From Alphaproteobacteria bacterium (GTDB taxonomy: Bacteria; Pseudomonadota; Alphaproteobacteria; CAAHEQ01; UBA3637), in assembly GCA_015062395.1 (NCBI GenBank), contig SUUS01000001.1, forward strand, positions 65,429 to 129,428: a stretch of 64,000 nucleotides of DNA, in the 5' to 3' direction. Shown in pieces: positions 9,131-19,832 of the stretch. The notes below the pieces were generated by a model, which was not told where the DNA came from, did not search any database, and saw only the letters and a program-made list of their open reading frames with translations. Made by a program: the position numbers and the translations under genes. How positions within the stretch are numbered: the first letter of the stretch is position 1; every line of letters starts with the position of its first letter.

Positions 9131-10255
9131 ATGGATTCAATACATTTTCCAGATTATAAGCATTCGATTTTAAATATCTCTTCCACTTTGCTTAAGTACT
9201 ATGGTGTTGAAACGCCTTATGCGTCATTAGAAAAATTAGAAAAAGAGCTAAATAAAGACTATAAAAATGTTATTCTAATGATTTTTGATGGATTGGGTAT
9301 TGATATTTTAAATAAAAATTTACCAAAAGATTCTTTATTGCAAAAACATATCGTTGAAGAAATTACATCAGTATTTCCTCCTACAACAACAGCTGCAACG
9401 ACAAGTTATTATTCTGGAAAAACACCGATTGAACATGCGTGGCTTGGGTGGATGTGTTACTTTAATAAATTAAACAAAGCTATTGAATTATTTAAAAATT
9501 CTGACTTTTATACTGGTGAAAAAATTGATATTGATGTCATGAAAGAATTACCCTATTCTACAATTTATGAACAGATTACAGAAGCAACAAAAAACAAAGT
9601 TAAAACGCATAAATTGTTTCCTGATTTTATTCAAACAGATGGTTATAAAAATCTTGAAGAATTGCATCGTACAATTTGTCAACTGACAAAATCGAATGAT
9701 AGAAACTTTGTTTTATGCTACAGTCCCTTTCCTGATAAAATAATTCACAGATATGGGACGCAATCAGATGAAACCCAAAAATCTGTTTTAAAAACGGTTC
9801 GATTTATTGAAAATATCTATAAACAACTTGATGATACTTTAATCATTGTATCAGCCGATCATGGACTGATTGATATTGAAAAAGAATTTTTTATTGAAGA
9901 ATATCCTGACTTTATGGAATGTTTATCTCGTCCGTTGTCTTTAGAAGACAGAACGATTAGCATTAAGCTTAAAGATGGAAAAAAAGAACAAGTTTTAAGT
10001 GCTTTCAATCGTTATTTTGCTAAAGATTTTATTTTGTTATCAAAAGAAGAAGTTTTACAAAAACAGCTATTCGGACCAGCAAAGCCAAATCCAAAAGCCT
10101 TGGAGTTTATTGGTGATTATATCATTATTTCAAAATCACATAACTCACTACGCCAAAAAACGGCAAGTAATGAACCTTTAAAAGCGGCTCATGCAGGGAT
10201 TTTAAAAGCAGAAATGCTGGTTCCATTGATTTTGTTAAATACTCATTCAAGATAG
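9131..10255 (+). CDS. Alkaline-phosphatase-superfamily protein (phosphodiesterase/nucleotide pyrophosphatase-like)
   Basis: ILMIFDGLGID, then FPPTTTAATTS, then VSADHG: the metal and nucleophile motifs of the AlkP superfamily. Confidence 0.7.
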   Translation: MDSIHFPDYKHSILNISSTLLKYYGVETPYASLEKLEKELNKDYKNVILMIFDGLGIDILNKNLPKDSLLQKHIVEEITSVFPPTTTAATTSYYSGKTPIEHAWLGWMCYFNKLNKAIELFKNSDFYTGEKIDIDVMKELPYSTIYEQITEATKNKVKTHKLFPDFIQTDGYKNLEELHRTICQLTKSNDRNFVLCYSPFPDKIIHRYGTQSDETQKSVLKTVRFIENIYKQLDDTLIIVSADHGLIDIEKEFFIEEYPDFMECLSRPLSLEDRTISIKLKDGKKEQVLSAFNRYFAKDFILLSKEEVLQKQLFGPAKPNPKALEFIGDYIIISKSHNSLRQKTASNEPLKAAHAGILKAEMLVPLILLNTHSR

Positions 10256-10317
10256 TTCTTGACCAAAAAAACTTATTCGTTTATAATTTAGAAAATCTTG
10301 TATGAAAAGGAGTGAAA

Positions 10318-11178
10318 ATGATTGGTTTATTGATGAATTTTGTTTTAATGGGAATTGTTTTAAGTGGACTACTTAAAACTTACTATTTCTTTCCTTTATT
10401 AAGCGATAATCCAGAAATGACGGGGACAGTTGGTCTTATGATTATGTTAATCATTATCTGGATATTTCCCAAAATTATTGGATTATTTATTAAGTTTGCC
10501 ATATTTTGCGCTATTGTATTTTTTATTGGAAATTTCATGGGATTGAATATGGATATATTTAAAGATTCATCGAATGTCGTAGATAAAATTGCAGAAAAAA
10601 CAAAAGAATTAACAGATGTTGCAGATAAAATAAAACTGTCTTCTGAAGCAAATCAATCTTTTTCAGCAACTCCATCACGGGTAAATACAGGAAGAAATAT
10701 ACAATTTGGAAATGAAAGTGTACAACTTTATGGCATTGATGCTCCTGATTTAGCTCAACCCTGTAAAAATTCGGCTGGAGTTAATTATAATTGTGGTCAA
10801 GTTTCCAAAGAACAGTTAGAAAAATTAACGATTGGAAAATCTTTAAACTGTGTAAACAAGGGGAAAAACGTTTACGGTCAGCCAGTTGCGTCGTGTTCTG
10901 TTGACGGTGAAGATTTAGCATCCTTAATGGTTCGGTCGGGATGGGCTGTTGCCGATCCCAGTATCACAGATGCGTATGTAGCAGATGAAAAAATTGCTTA
11001 TCATCAAAAAACTGGATTATGGAATGGAAAATTTCATTCTCCTTGGCGTTGGAGAATGCGGCAAGTCAATTCCAATTTGTCAAAGACAAAAAAATCGAAT
11101 TTTACAAATAAAAAAAATGTAAAAAAGTCTGAATCTGCAAAAACCCCATTTCAAAAAGTAATGGATTTTTTCAAATGA
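10318..11178 (+). CDS. Membrane-anchored thermonuclease (SNase-like) protein
   Basis: About 3 TM helices at the N-terminus, then LYGIDAPDLAQPC...GQPVASCSVDGEDLASLMVRSGWAVA, which is staphylococcal-nuclease-like. ATG at 10318 is preceded by AAAGGAG. Confidence 0.7.
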   Translation: MIGLLMNFVLMGIVLSGLLKTYYFFPLLSDNPEMTGTVGLMIMLIIIWIFPKIIGLFIKFAIFCAIVFFIGNFMGLNMDIFKDSSNVVDKIAEKTKELTDVADKIKLSSEANQSFSATPSRVNTGRNIQFGNESVQLYGIDAPDLAQPCKNSAGVNYNCGQVSKEQLEKLTIGKSLNCVNKGKNVYGQPVASCSVDGEDLASLMVRSGWAVADPSITDAYVADEKIAYHQKTGLWNGKFHSPWRWRMRQVNSNLSKTKKSNFTNKKNVKKSESAKTPFQKVMDFFK

Positions 11179-11636
11179 AAACATTTCAAATTTCAACATT
11201 AGCGCAAACAGTTAGTTTGGCCGAATCTTTTGCTAAACTATTAAAAAAAACAGACATCATTGCCTTGTATGGAACATTAGGTGTTGGAAAAACGGCATTT
11301 ACTCGTGCTTTAGTACAGTCTTTTTTGCCTTCTGAAGAAGTTCCAAGTCCTACGTTTACACTTTTACAAACGTACGAAACAGAAAAATTTCCAGTTTTTC
11401 ACTTTGATTTATATCGGTTAAAAAATCCTGAAGAAGTTTTTGAACTTGGTATCGAAGACGCTTTCTATGATGGCGTTTCTTTAATTGAATGGCCTGAAAA
11501 AATGGGAAAAATAGCACCAGAAAAAAAACTGTTAAAAATAAAAATAGAATGTGATAACAATATAAGAACTTTTACATTTTCTTCGGAAAATCCTCAATGG
11601 ATTGAAAGGCTAAACTTATGGAACGTGCAGATTTAA
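11175..11636 (+). CDS. tsaE: tRNA t6A37 biosynthesis ATPase TsaE
   Basis: LYGTLGVGKTAFTRAL P-loop, SPTFTL, and HFDLYRL. ATGA overlap with the upstream gene. Confidence 0.85.
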   Translation: MKTFQISTLAQTVSLAESFAKLLKKTDIIALYGTLGVGKTAFTRALVQSFLPSEEVPSPTFTLLQTYETEKFPVFHFDLYRLKNPEEVFELGIEDAFYDGVSLIEWPEKMGKIAPEKKLLKIKIECDNNIRTFTFSSENPQWIERLNLWNVQI

Positions 11637-12610
11637 TACGTTTATTTTTAAAAAAGAATAATTTAGATAAAGCAAATTTTTCATGGCTTCCTTCGGACGC
11701 TTCATTTCGACATTACGCACGAATAAATGATGGAAAAAAAAGTTATATTTTTATGGATGCACCACCTCCAGAAATTCCAGAACAATTTGCGTTAGTTGCT
11801 CAAATTTTATGTGAAAACGGATTAAGTGCACCAGAGATTTATAGCACAGACTTTGAAAACGGTTTTATTTTGTTGGAAGATTTTGGAAACAAAGATTATT
11901 CCTCTATGTTATCAGCTGGTTTTAATGAAAAAGAATTATATAAAACTGCCGTAGATGCTTTAATTCAAGTTTCAAAAATAAAAAAAATGGATGGAATTCC
12001 TTTATATGACAGAAATTGGCTTTTTGAAGGATTGTCTGTTTTTTGTGACTGGTTTATTCCCCATGCAACGGGAGAAAAATTATCTTCAAAAGAGCTTAAA
12101 TCATTTGAAAAAATTTGGGATAATTTGTTTAATTCTATTCAAGATGCGCCTTTTGGACTGGTTCTCAATGATTTTCATATGAATAATATGATGTATTTGG
12201 AACGAAAAGAACATCAAATTTGTGGGTTATTAGATTTCCAAGATGCGCGTATTGGTCCTTTAGCATACGATATGGTTTCTTTTATCGAAGATGCCAGAAG
12301 AAGTGAATTACCAGAAGATTTAAAAGAATATCTTTTTGCAAGATATTTGGAAAATAATCCAACCTATCCTAAAGACTTGTTTATGAAGTCTTATCATATT
12401 ATGGCTGTAAAACGTCATTTGCGTGTTATCGGTGTTTTTGTCCGACTAAAAGCACGTGATGGAAAAGGAAAATACCTAAAACACATAAACCATGTTTGGA
12501 AATTATTGGAAAATCATTTAGATTTACCTTACATGAACGATTTTAAAACTTGGTTAGATATAAATGTTCCAAAAGCTTACAGAAAATGTCCTGATGGTTT
12601 AGAGGAATAA
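11618..12610 (+). CDS. Aminoglycoside-phosphotransferase-fold kinase (AmgK-like)
   Basis: APH-fold catalytic region LVLNDFHMNNMMY...GLLDFQDA. Its position between tsaE and addB is where I recall alphaproteobacteria carrying this kinase. Confidence 0.65.
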   Translation: MERADLIRLFLKKNNLDKANFSWLPSDASFRHYARINDGKKSYIFMDAPPPEIPEQFALVAQILCENGLSAPEIYSTDFENGFILLEDFGNKDYSSMLSAGFNEKELYKTAVDALIQVSKIKKMDGIPLYDRNWLFEGLSVFCDWFIPHATGEKLSSKELKSFEKIWDNLFNSIQDAPFGLVLNDFHMNNMMYLERKEHQICGLLDFQDARIGPLAYDMVSFIEDARRSELPEDLKEYLFARYLENNPTYPKDLFMKSYHIMAVKRHLRVIGVFVRLKARDGKGKYLKHINHVWKLLENHLDLPYMNDFKTWLDINVPKAYRKCPDGLEE

Positions 12611-12611
12611 T

Positions 12612-15443
12612 ATGATTTATACAATCCCCTCTTCTGTTTCATTCTGTGACGTATTGGCAAAAGAATGGATTGTTAATGCCCAAGATAAAATTTGGGGATT
12701 ATCACATATAACTTTAATAACCCCAACAAACAGAGCAGCTAAAACATTCAAAGATGCGTTTTTAAGACAGTCCGAAGGTAAAAGTTTATTATTACCTAAA
12801 ATTATATCTTTTTCTGATATGGATTTTTTAGCGACAGGGATTCTCCCTGCAATATCTCCATTAGCCAGACAAATTTTATTGTCTAAATTAATACAAAAAA
12901 AACAACCAATGGGGGAAGATAAAGCCTTTTGCTTATCTTCATCTTTAGCAGAACTAATCGATTTAATGCATCATTATGATGTTGATTTTCATAAATTAAA
13001 AGATATTGCTACTGAAAACTTTTCACTTCACTGGCAACAGACGATGTCTTTTTTAGAAATTATTCAAAATTATTGGCCCCAAATTTTAAAAGAAAGACAA
13101 CAAATAGATCCTGCTTTAAGGCAGATAAAAGTTATTGAAAATTTAATTCATCAATGGAAAGTAAAACCTCCCAAAACTCCGATTTTTGCCATTGGTTTTA
13201 CGGGGGGATTACCAATCATTGAACGTTTTTTAAAAGCAATTTATGAATTACCAAACAGCAATATCTATATCCCAAATCTCGATAAAACCTTATCTAAAGA
13301 AGATTGGGACAGCTTGGATGAAACACATTCTCAATTTTATATCAAAAAATTACTCAATTTTTTGAAGGTTAAGCCTTCTGATGTAAAAACATATGCTGAT
13401 TTTAACGATAGATTTTTATTACTATCAAAAGCCTTAAAACCTGCTGCTAGAACATCTACGTGGCAATCAGATAAAGAGCAATTAAAGAAAAGCTGTATTA
13501 ACAATGTCAGACTCATTGAATGTAAAACGCCACAAACAGAGGCTTTTGAAATTGCGTGTATTCTTCGTGAAGTACTAGAAACTCCTGCTAAAACAGCAGC
13601 ACTGGTGACGACAGACAGATTACTGGCTAGACGTGTTCGAGTACAAATGGCTCGTTGGGGAATTAATTTGGATGATTCTGCAGGAACGAGCTTGTCTAAA
13701 ACCCCTATTGGAACTTATTTAAATTTAATTGCGCAATTTGCCTTAACGGGATCGTCTAGAAATTTGTTAGCTCTGCTAAAACATCCTTTAGCTCTTGATG
13801 GAAAAGAATTTAACACATTCCGTAAAGAAATACATAAAGAAGAAAAACGCACTCGTGTAGAAAAACGAAAATTTCGCCCCATATTAAAAACAGATTTATC
13901 CGAATTTACAAATCTATTTAAGAATGGAATTTCTGTTTCTTTTGAGGAAATTTTACGTAAACATTTGGATGCAGCTCAAAAATTAGCTGAAAGTTCAGAT
14001 AAAACAGGAGCAGAACGAATGTGGGCAAATGAAGCTGGAGATGTTGCCAGTACCTTATTTACAGAAATTTTGATGCATTCTGAAAGTATTGGACTTATCG
14101 AACCAGAAAACTATCCAGCTTTTTTAGACGCTCTTTTAAGTTCGGTGACAGTTCGTTCAAAATATGGTATGCATCCAAGATTAGATATTTTAGGTCCGAT
14201 TGAAGCCAGATTACAGCAACCAGAGCTTGTCGTTATTGCAGGAATGAATGAAGGAACTTTTCCACAAACTCCTGATGCAGATGCGTGGTTAAATATAGCC
14301 ATGAAAAAAGCTTGTGGTTTGCCAATTCCAGAAGAAAAAATAGGTGTTTCAGCGCAAGATTTTTTGCATCTAATGCAAGCAAAAGAAGTCATTTTAACGC
14401 GTTCATTAAAAGCAGATGGAACGCCTACGATTCAATCTAGATGGCTTTCTCGATTAAAAGCTTTGTTAGAATGTGCTCACATGGATTGGTCAATAGAAAA
14501 TGAAAAATATGCCTTTTTATTGGAAAAAAATCAAGGTTATAAACCAACACAAAGACCAGCTCCAAATCCAGCATTAAATACGAGACCATCATCTTTTTCT
14601 ATTTCAGATATTTCAACTTTTATTTCAAATCCATACAGTATTTATGCGAAAAAAATTTTGAACTTATATAAATTGGAAGATTTAGAAAAAGAAATCGGAA
14701 ATTCTGATTTTGGAACAGCAGTCCACAATGCATTATCTTTATATTTTGATGAAGGAAAAGAAAAAATAAAATATGCCTCTCATACTGAAAATGTATTGTT
14801 TTTATTAGCTATCGGTAAAAGATGCTTTGCAGAACAAAAAATTGATATTCAAGAAAACCCATTTTTATGGGAAAAATTTAAACGAATTGCCGAATGGTTT
14901 GTTGAACAAGAAGAAAATTCACAAAACATATTGAAAGTTGATAAATTTTTAGAAAAAAATGCATTGTTAGAATTAAACATCAAAAATACATTATTTTCAA
15001 TAAAAGGACGTTCTGATCGAATCGATATATCAAAAGACAATACAGCAACCATTATCGATTATAAAACAGGATTTACACCAAGCAAATCTCAAGTTTGTGC
15101 TGGTTATGCTCCGCAACTTCCTTTGGAAGCAATTATGCTGGAAGCAGGTTCATTTGCAGATATTCCTAAAGAAAATATAGAAGTAAATCATCTATCTTAC
15201 TGGAAATTAAAAGGCAAAAATGAAACTGGTGAAATTATTGAGGTGTCTCCTGATGAGAAAAAAATGTCAATGAAAGATTTATTAACTAAAACGAAAAAAA
15301 ATCTTTACTCTCTTTTATCTTATTATTTAGATAAGGATGCAATCTATCCTGCAAAAATACAGACAGAAGAAGAACAAAAATATAATGACTATGCTCATTT
15401 AGAACGCAGAGCCGAATGGCAAGTAACGGAGGATGAAGAATGA
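12612..15443 (+). CDS. addB: Double-strand break repair protein AddB (alphaproteobacterial type)
   Basis: 943 aa. C-terminal PD-(D/E)XK nuclease region (GRSDRIDI...IIDYKTG). Translationally coupled to addA by a 4-nt overlap. Confidence 0.8.
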   Translation: MIYTIPSSVSFCDVLAKEWIVNAQDKIWGLSHITLITPTNRAAKTFKDAFLRQSEGKSLLLPKIISFSDMDFLATGILPAISPLARQILLSKLIQKKQPMGEDKAFCLSSSLAELIDLMHHYDVDFHKLKDIATENFSLHWQQTMSFLEIIQNYWPQILKERQQIDPALRQIKVIENLIHQWKVKPPKTPIFAIGFTGGLPIIERFLKAIYELPNSNIYIPNLDKTLSKEDWDSLDETHSQFYIKKLLNFLKVKPSDVKTYADFNDRFLLLSKALKPAARTSTWQSDKEQLKKSCINNVRLIECKTPQTEAFEIACILREVLETPAKTAALVTTDRLLARRVRVQMARWGINLDDSAGTSLSKTPIGTYLNLIAQFALTGSSRNLLALLKHPLALDGKEFNTFRKEIHKEEKRTRVEKRKFRPILKTDLSEFTNLFKNGISVSFEEILRKHLDAAQKLAESSDKTGAERMWANEAGDVASTLFTEILMHSESIGLIEPENYPAFLDALLSSVTVRSKYGMHPRLDILGPIEARLQQPELVVIAGMNEGTFPQTPDADAWLNIAMKKACGLPIPEEKIGVSAQDFLHLMQAKEVILTRSLKADGTPTIQSRWLSRLKALLECAHMDWSIENEKYAFLLEKNQGYKPTQRPAPNPALNTRPSSFSISDISTFISNPYSIYAKKILNLYKLEDLEKEIGNSDFGTAVHNALSLYFDEGKEKIKYASHTENVLFLLAIGKRCFAEQKIDIQENPFLWEKFKRIAEWFVEQEENSQNILKVDKFLEKNALLELNIKNTLFSIKGRSDRIDISKDNTATIIDYKTGFTPSKSQVCAGYAPQLPLEAIMLEAGSFADIPKENIEVNHLSYWKLKGKNETGEIIEVSPDEKKMSMKDLLTKTKKNLYSLLSYYLDKDAIYPAKIQTEEEQKYNDYAHLERRAEWQVTEDEE

Positions 15444-18400
15444 ATTTAAGTTTAACCGATATTGCCAATAATGCTCAACGTCAAGCTTCTGATCCATATA
15501 TCAGTGCGTGGGTTTCTGCTTCTGCAGGTTCTGGAAAAACAAAAGTTTTAACTGATCGTATATTGCAGTTATTATTGGCTAAAAACGAACCAGAAACGAT
15601 ACTTTGTTTAACTTTTACCAAAGCTGCAGCGGCAGAAATGGCGAATCGATTATCTAAAACCCTGAAAGATTGGATGCTGTTAGATAATGATAAATTGATA
15701 GAAGAACTAAAAAAGCTGACAGGACAAGACGAATGCGATTTAGTTGAAAAAATTGATTTTGCAAGAACTTTGTTTGCCAAAGTTTTGGACACCAAAGGTG
15801 GAATGAAAATAATGACAATCCACAGTTTTTGTCAAAGCATTTTAAAACGTTTTCCTTTGGAAGCAGGCATTTTACCCTCTTTTGAAATTGCAGAAGATGC
15901 TACAGCAAAAGAATTGTTAAATAATGCAATTATGCAAACGTTCAGAAATCCTGTATTTCAGAAACAAATGTATATTTTATCTGGCTATCTGGAACAAAAG
16001 GATTTATTAAAACTACTTTCTGACATTCGTTCTGATCAACTTGAATTAGAACATTTACTAGATGAAAATATGAGCTTTCAATCTTTACAAGAGAAAATAT
16101 ATACCTCTTTAGACGTTCATCCAAATCAAACAGAAAATGATTTGATAAAAACAGTCTATGAAGGCAATGATTTTGAAGCTTATAAATTGAAATTTTTGAC
16201 AAAGAAAAATGAAATTAGAGATTGCATATTAAAAAAAGGGGATGAACAAAAAGAAATAGCTCAAAAAATTTTAATAGTTCTTGAAAAAATAAATTCACTG
16301 AAGATAGCTCAAGCGACTTGCGCATTTTTAAGTGTGGCTTTTGACGTTTTACAAAATTTTGAAACGTTAAAAAATAAAGCTGGTTTATTGGATTATACAG
16401 ATTTGATATTCAAAACACGAGCTCTGCTTGAAGAAAAAGATATGACAGCTTGGGTTCTTTATAAATTAGATGGTGGTATCGACCATATCCTTTTAGATGA
16501 GGCACAAGATACCAGCCCAGATCAATGGGCTATAATCAGAGCCATTTGTGAAGAATTTTTTGCAGGAGAAGGCAGAAAAGCTGATAAAATAAGAACGCTT
16601 TTCGCTGTGGGCGATAAAAAACAATCGATTTATCGTTTTCAAGGAGCTGATGCAAATGAATTTGAAAAAATGCGAGTATTCTTTACCAATAGAATACAAG
16701 CCTCTCAAAATACCTTTAAAGATATTCCATTAAACATTTCCTTTCGTTCGACTCAAGCTGTTTTAGATTTGGTTAATTTTTTACTTAAATCAGAGCCTGC
16801 ACGCAAAGGTATTTTAGGAACGCACGAAGATGGCACGCATTTTGCTTATCGAAAAGGACATGCTGGATTGGTTGAAATATGGCCGTTGGAAGAATACCAT
16901 AAAAAAGAAAAGAAAGATGAAAATGATTGGACAATAGATAATGAAAATGATGTAAAACAATCCCCTGTTGCAAGATTATCTGCAAAAATTGCATCAAAAA
17001 TAGCTTCTATGCTCAATAACCATGAAATGCTTGTTTCACAAAATCGCCCTATTCAACCTGGCGATATAATGATTTTAGTACGTTCAAGAAAACGCCAATC
17101 AATCGTTTCTGAATTAGTCAGAGCATTAAAAAAAGAAAACATTCCATTAGCTGGAGTTGATAGATTGATTTTAAATCAACATATTGCTGTTATGGATTTA
17201 ATTTCTTTGGGTGCTTTTTTGTTATTACCAGAAGATGATTTGTCTTTGGCTGAAGTATTAAAAAGCCCTATGTTTGGCATATCTGAAGAAGAATTGTTTG
17301 ATTTGGCCTATGACAGAAACGGACAATCATTATGGTCTCAAATCGCTTTAAAACGCAGTGATATTTATGAAATGCTCAAAAATATGCTTTCAAAAGTTGA
17401 TGTATTACCTGTTTTTGAATTGTATTCTTATATTTTAGATACCCTGCATATTCGGGAAAAGTTTTTATCTAAAATGGGGGCAGAAACAAATGAAATGCTT
17501 GATGAATTTTTAAATTTAGCATTAAATTTTGAAAAAAATCACATATCTAATTTAGAAGGTTTTCTTCAATTTTTAAAGAAAGAAGATATTGAAATCAAGC
17601 GCGATTTAGATAATTCAGAAATTAATGCTGTTCGAATTATGACGGTTCATGGTTCAAAAGGATTACAGGCAGGAATAGTTTTTTTACCTGATACTTATTC
17701 AAAAACATCAAAACCACCTAAATTTATTTGGAATGGTAATTTACCTATATGGGTTCCCAAAGCAGATCTTAAAACAAAATTTACTGAACGAATTTTAAAC
17801 AAAATTGCAGAAGAAGATGATGAAGAATATAATCGTTTGCTGTATGTCGCCTTGACCAGAGCTCAAGATAGACTTTATATCTGTGGTTTTGAAACAGGGA
17901 AAAAAGTGCAGGATAATTCTTGGTATGACATGATAAAAACTGCATTACCACAAAATGTAAGCAAGATAGAATATCCTCAAACAGTCGATTTTGAAAAGAA
18001 AAAAGAAATAAAAAAATTCAAAACAGATAAGATTGAAGAACCTGAATGGTTTTATAAGGAATTGCCTGAAGAACCTGTTCCATCTCGTCCGTTATCGCCA
18101 TCAAAATTAACCCAAAATGAGCCTGAAGCGCCCTCTCCTTTAACAAAAGAACAGGAAAAAGCTATGCAAAAAGGAACTTTTATTCACAAACTGCTGCAGT
18201 TTTTACCAGATATAGAAGAAAAACAACGTGTCGATTTTATTCAAAAATTAACACCTCTCGGAATGGAACCTCCTTTAGATATATTAGATTTATTTGACAA
18301 TCCAGAAATGAAGATTTTATTTGGAAGCAATTCTATTCCTGAAATTCCAATTATTGGAGTTAATACAGAAGGAAAAGTTATTTCTGGACAAATTGATAGA

Positions 18401-18601
18401 TTAGTTGTCAGTCAAAATGAAGTTTTAATTATTGATTTTAAAACAAATCGTTATCCACCTAAAAACATAAAAGACGTTCCTTTAGCATATACGGAACAAA
18501 TGAATGCATATAAAGGCTTGCTAAAAAACATTTTTAGTGATAAAAAGATACGATGTTTTTTATTATGGACAACAACTTTAACTTTAATGGAGCTAAAATG
18601 A
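15440..18601 (+). CDS. addA: Double-strand break repair helicase-nuclease AddA
   Basis: UvrD/Rep motifs SASAGSGKTKVLT, LLDEAQDTSP, VGDKKQSIYRFQGA, TVHGSKGLQ and YVALTRA. C-terminal nuclease motif GQIDRLV...IIDFKT. Confidence 0.88.
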   Translation: MNLSLTDIANNAQRQASDPYISAWVSASAGSGKTKVLTDRILQLLLAKNEPETILCLTFTKAAAAEMANRLSKTLKDWMLLDNDKLIEELKKLTGQDECDLVEKIDFARTLFAKVLDTKGGMKIMTIHSFCQSILKRFPLEAGILPSFEIAEDATAKELLNNAIMQTFRNPVFQKQMYILSGYLEQKDLLKLLSDIRSDQLELEHLLDENMSFQSLQEKIYTSLDVHPNQTENDLIKTVYEGNDFEAYKLKFLTKKNEIRDCILKKGDEQKEIAQKILIVLEKINSLKIAQATCAFLSVAFDVLQNFETLKNKAGLLDYTDLIFKTRALLEEKDMTAWVLYKLDGGIDHILLDEAQDTSPDQWAIIRAICEEFFAGEGRKADKIRTLFAVGDKKQSIYRFQGADANEFEKMRVFFTNRIQASQNTFKDIPLNISFRSTQAVLDLVNFLLKSEPARKGILGTHEDGTHFAYRKGHAGLVEIWPLEEYHKKEKKDENDWTIDNENDVKQSPVARLSAKIASKIASMLNNHEMLVSQNRPIQPGDIMILVRSRKRQSIVSELVRALKKENIPLAGVDRLILNQHIAVMDLISLGAFLLLPEDDLSLAEVLKSPMFGISEEELFDLAYDRNGQSLWSQIALKRSDIYEMLKNMLSKVDVLPVFELYSYILDTLHIREKFLSKMGAETNEMLDEFLNLALNFEKNHISNLEGFLQFLKKEDIEIKRDLDNSEINAVRIMTVHGSKGLQAGIVFLPDTYSKTSKPPKFIWNGNLPIWVPKADLKTKFTERILNKIAEEDDEEYNRLLYVALTRAQDRLYICGFETGKKVQDNSWYDMIKTALPQNVSKIEYPQTVDFEKKKEIKKFKTDKIEEPEWFYKELPEEPVPSRPLSPSKLTQNEPEAPSPLTKEQEKAMQKGTFIHKLLQFLPDIEEKQRVDFIQKLTPLGMEPPLDILDLFDNPEMKILFGSNSIPEIPIIGVNTEGKVISGQIDRLVVSQNEVLIIDFKTNRYPPKNIKDVPLAYTEQMNAYKGLLKNIFSDKKIRCFLLWTTTLTLMELK

Positions 18602-19353
18602 AAAAAATACTATTCCTTTTTATTTGTTTATTCTTGGTTTCTTGCACATCAGGGGAACCTAAAATAAAAGGCTTTAAAAAACAAAGCTTCATTGCAAATG
18701 AAATAGAGCTTTCTGGTCAAGTAAAAGAAATTAAAGCTGGAAAAAAATTGCGTGTTTATATCGATGCTGATGCAAAAACAAAGGGATTATTCAAACCCAA
18801 GGCAACTTTGCCCAATCCTGTTGCAGCTCAATTAGCTCAAAAAGACAAATATCCGTATATCATATACTTAAACCGTCCTTGTTATTTTTCAAATAATCCT
18901 ATTTGTACACCTCAGGTTTGGGAAGATGGTAGATTTTTGCCAGAAGTTGTTGATGAAATGAAAAGCGCTCTTTTACGCATTCAAGCAAAATACCAAATTC
19001 CAGAATTTGAATTTATCGGATATGATGGTGGTGCTGCTATGGCATTGCTATTGGCCAGCAGAATAAAAGGCATACCAATAAAAGTTTATACCATTTCTGG
19101 TATATTAAATACAACTCAATATGCTTTACTGATGGATGAAGTTTTACATCAAGATAGTTTAAATCCTGCAACGGAAACATTTTCTTTGGCTCACATACCT
19201 CAAGTTCATTTTGTTGGAGGAAAAGATAAGCAAGTTCCTTTGGCTCTAACGAAAGATTTTACAAAGAAAATTTCAAAACCTTACTCGCTTCAAGTAAAAT
19301 CATACCCATCTGCAGATCATTTTAATTGGGCACAATTTAAGATGGAATACTAA
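18598..19353 (+). CDS. Lipoprotein, alpha/beta-hydrolase-like
   Basis: Start moved to MKKILFLFICLFLVSC, a lipobox L-V-S-C. The remainder is weakly hydrolase-like (IGYDGGAAMALLLA). Confidence 0.5.
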   Translation: MKKILFLFICLFLVSCTSGEPKIKGFKKQSFIANEIELSGQVKEIKAGKKLRVYIDADAKTKGLFKPKATLPNPVAAQLAQKDKYPYIIYLNRPCYFSNNPICTPQVWEDGRFLPEVVDEMKSALLRIQAKYQIPEFEFIGYDGGAAMALLLASRIKGIPIKVYTISGILNTTQYALLMDEVLHQDSLNPATETFSLAHIPQVHFVGGKDKQVPLALTKDFTKKISKPYSLQVKSYPSADHFNWAQFKMEY

Positions 19354-19832
19354 TTTATAAGCGCAGTTCCTAAATTCAAGTAGGTTGCAAAAATACACCA
19401 CAATAAATAGGGTATAAGCATATAGCTGGCCAAAACAGAAATTTTATAATAACTTTTTATCATCAAAGCGATAATGATCCAAAGAAGAAGTAAAACACCT
19501 GTCCCTGCTAAAATTTGATGTGAATAAAAGAATGTAAAACTCCAAACAATTTGTCCGATTAACTGGGAAAAAAATAAAATTTTAGATGTTGAGTTGGCTT
19601 TTTGCCAAATAAACACGCCACTTAACGCAATTAAAGCATATAAAACAGACCAAACAATGCTAAAAACATATCCTGGAGGCGTTAAAAAGGGGTGTTTTAA
19701 ATTTTCATACCAAGCCATGTTTTCTGGCGTTTGTAAAAAAGCCATAATAAAAAAGCCTGTTCCATAACAAAGTAATAAAAATAATAAAATTTTATTTTTC
19801 AACAGCTCCTTTGGCAAAGTTTTTGTTATCAT
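19350..19832 (-). CDS. tspO: TspO/MBR tryptophan-rich sensory protein
   Basis: Five TM segments. WYENLKHPFLTPPGYVFSIVWSVLYALIA is typical of TspO. Confidence 0.8.
   Translation of the reverse strand: MITKTLPKELLKNKILLFLLLCYGTGFFIMAFLQTPENMAWYENLKHPFLTPPGYVFSIVWSVLYALIALSGVFIWQKANSTSKILFFSQLIGQIVWSFTFFYSHQILAGTGVLLLLWIIIALMIKSYYKISVLASYMLIPYLLWCIFATYLNLGTALIN

Noticed and set aside
6799-9173. Several 60-150-aa plus-strand ORFs inside valS (6799-7008, 6929-7390, 8007-8210, 8287-8469, 8633-8827, 8961-9173)
   Set aside because: They are antisense shadows of a well-supported long gene. They have low-complexity translations, no RBS and no motifs.
19792-19832. 41-nt overlap between tspO and the upstream alpha/beta hydrolase gene, considered as a possible fusion or frameshift
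   Set aside because: The two genes are in different frames and both products are full length. The overlap most likely reflects an over-extended tspO start call or ordinary gene packing.
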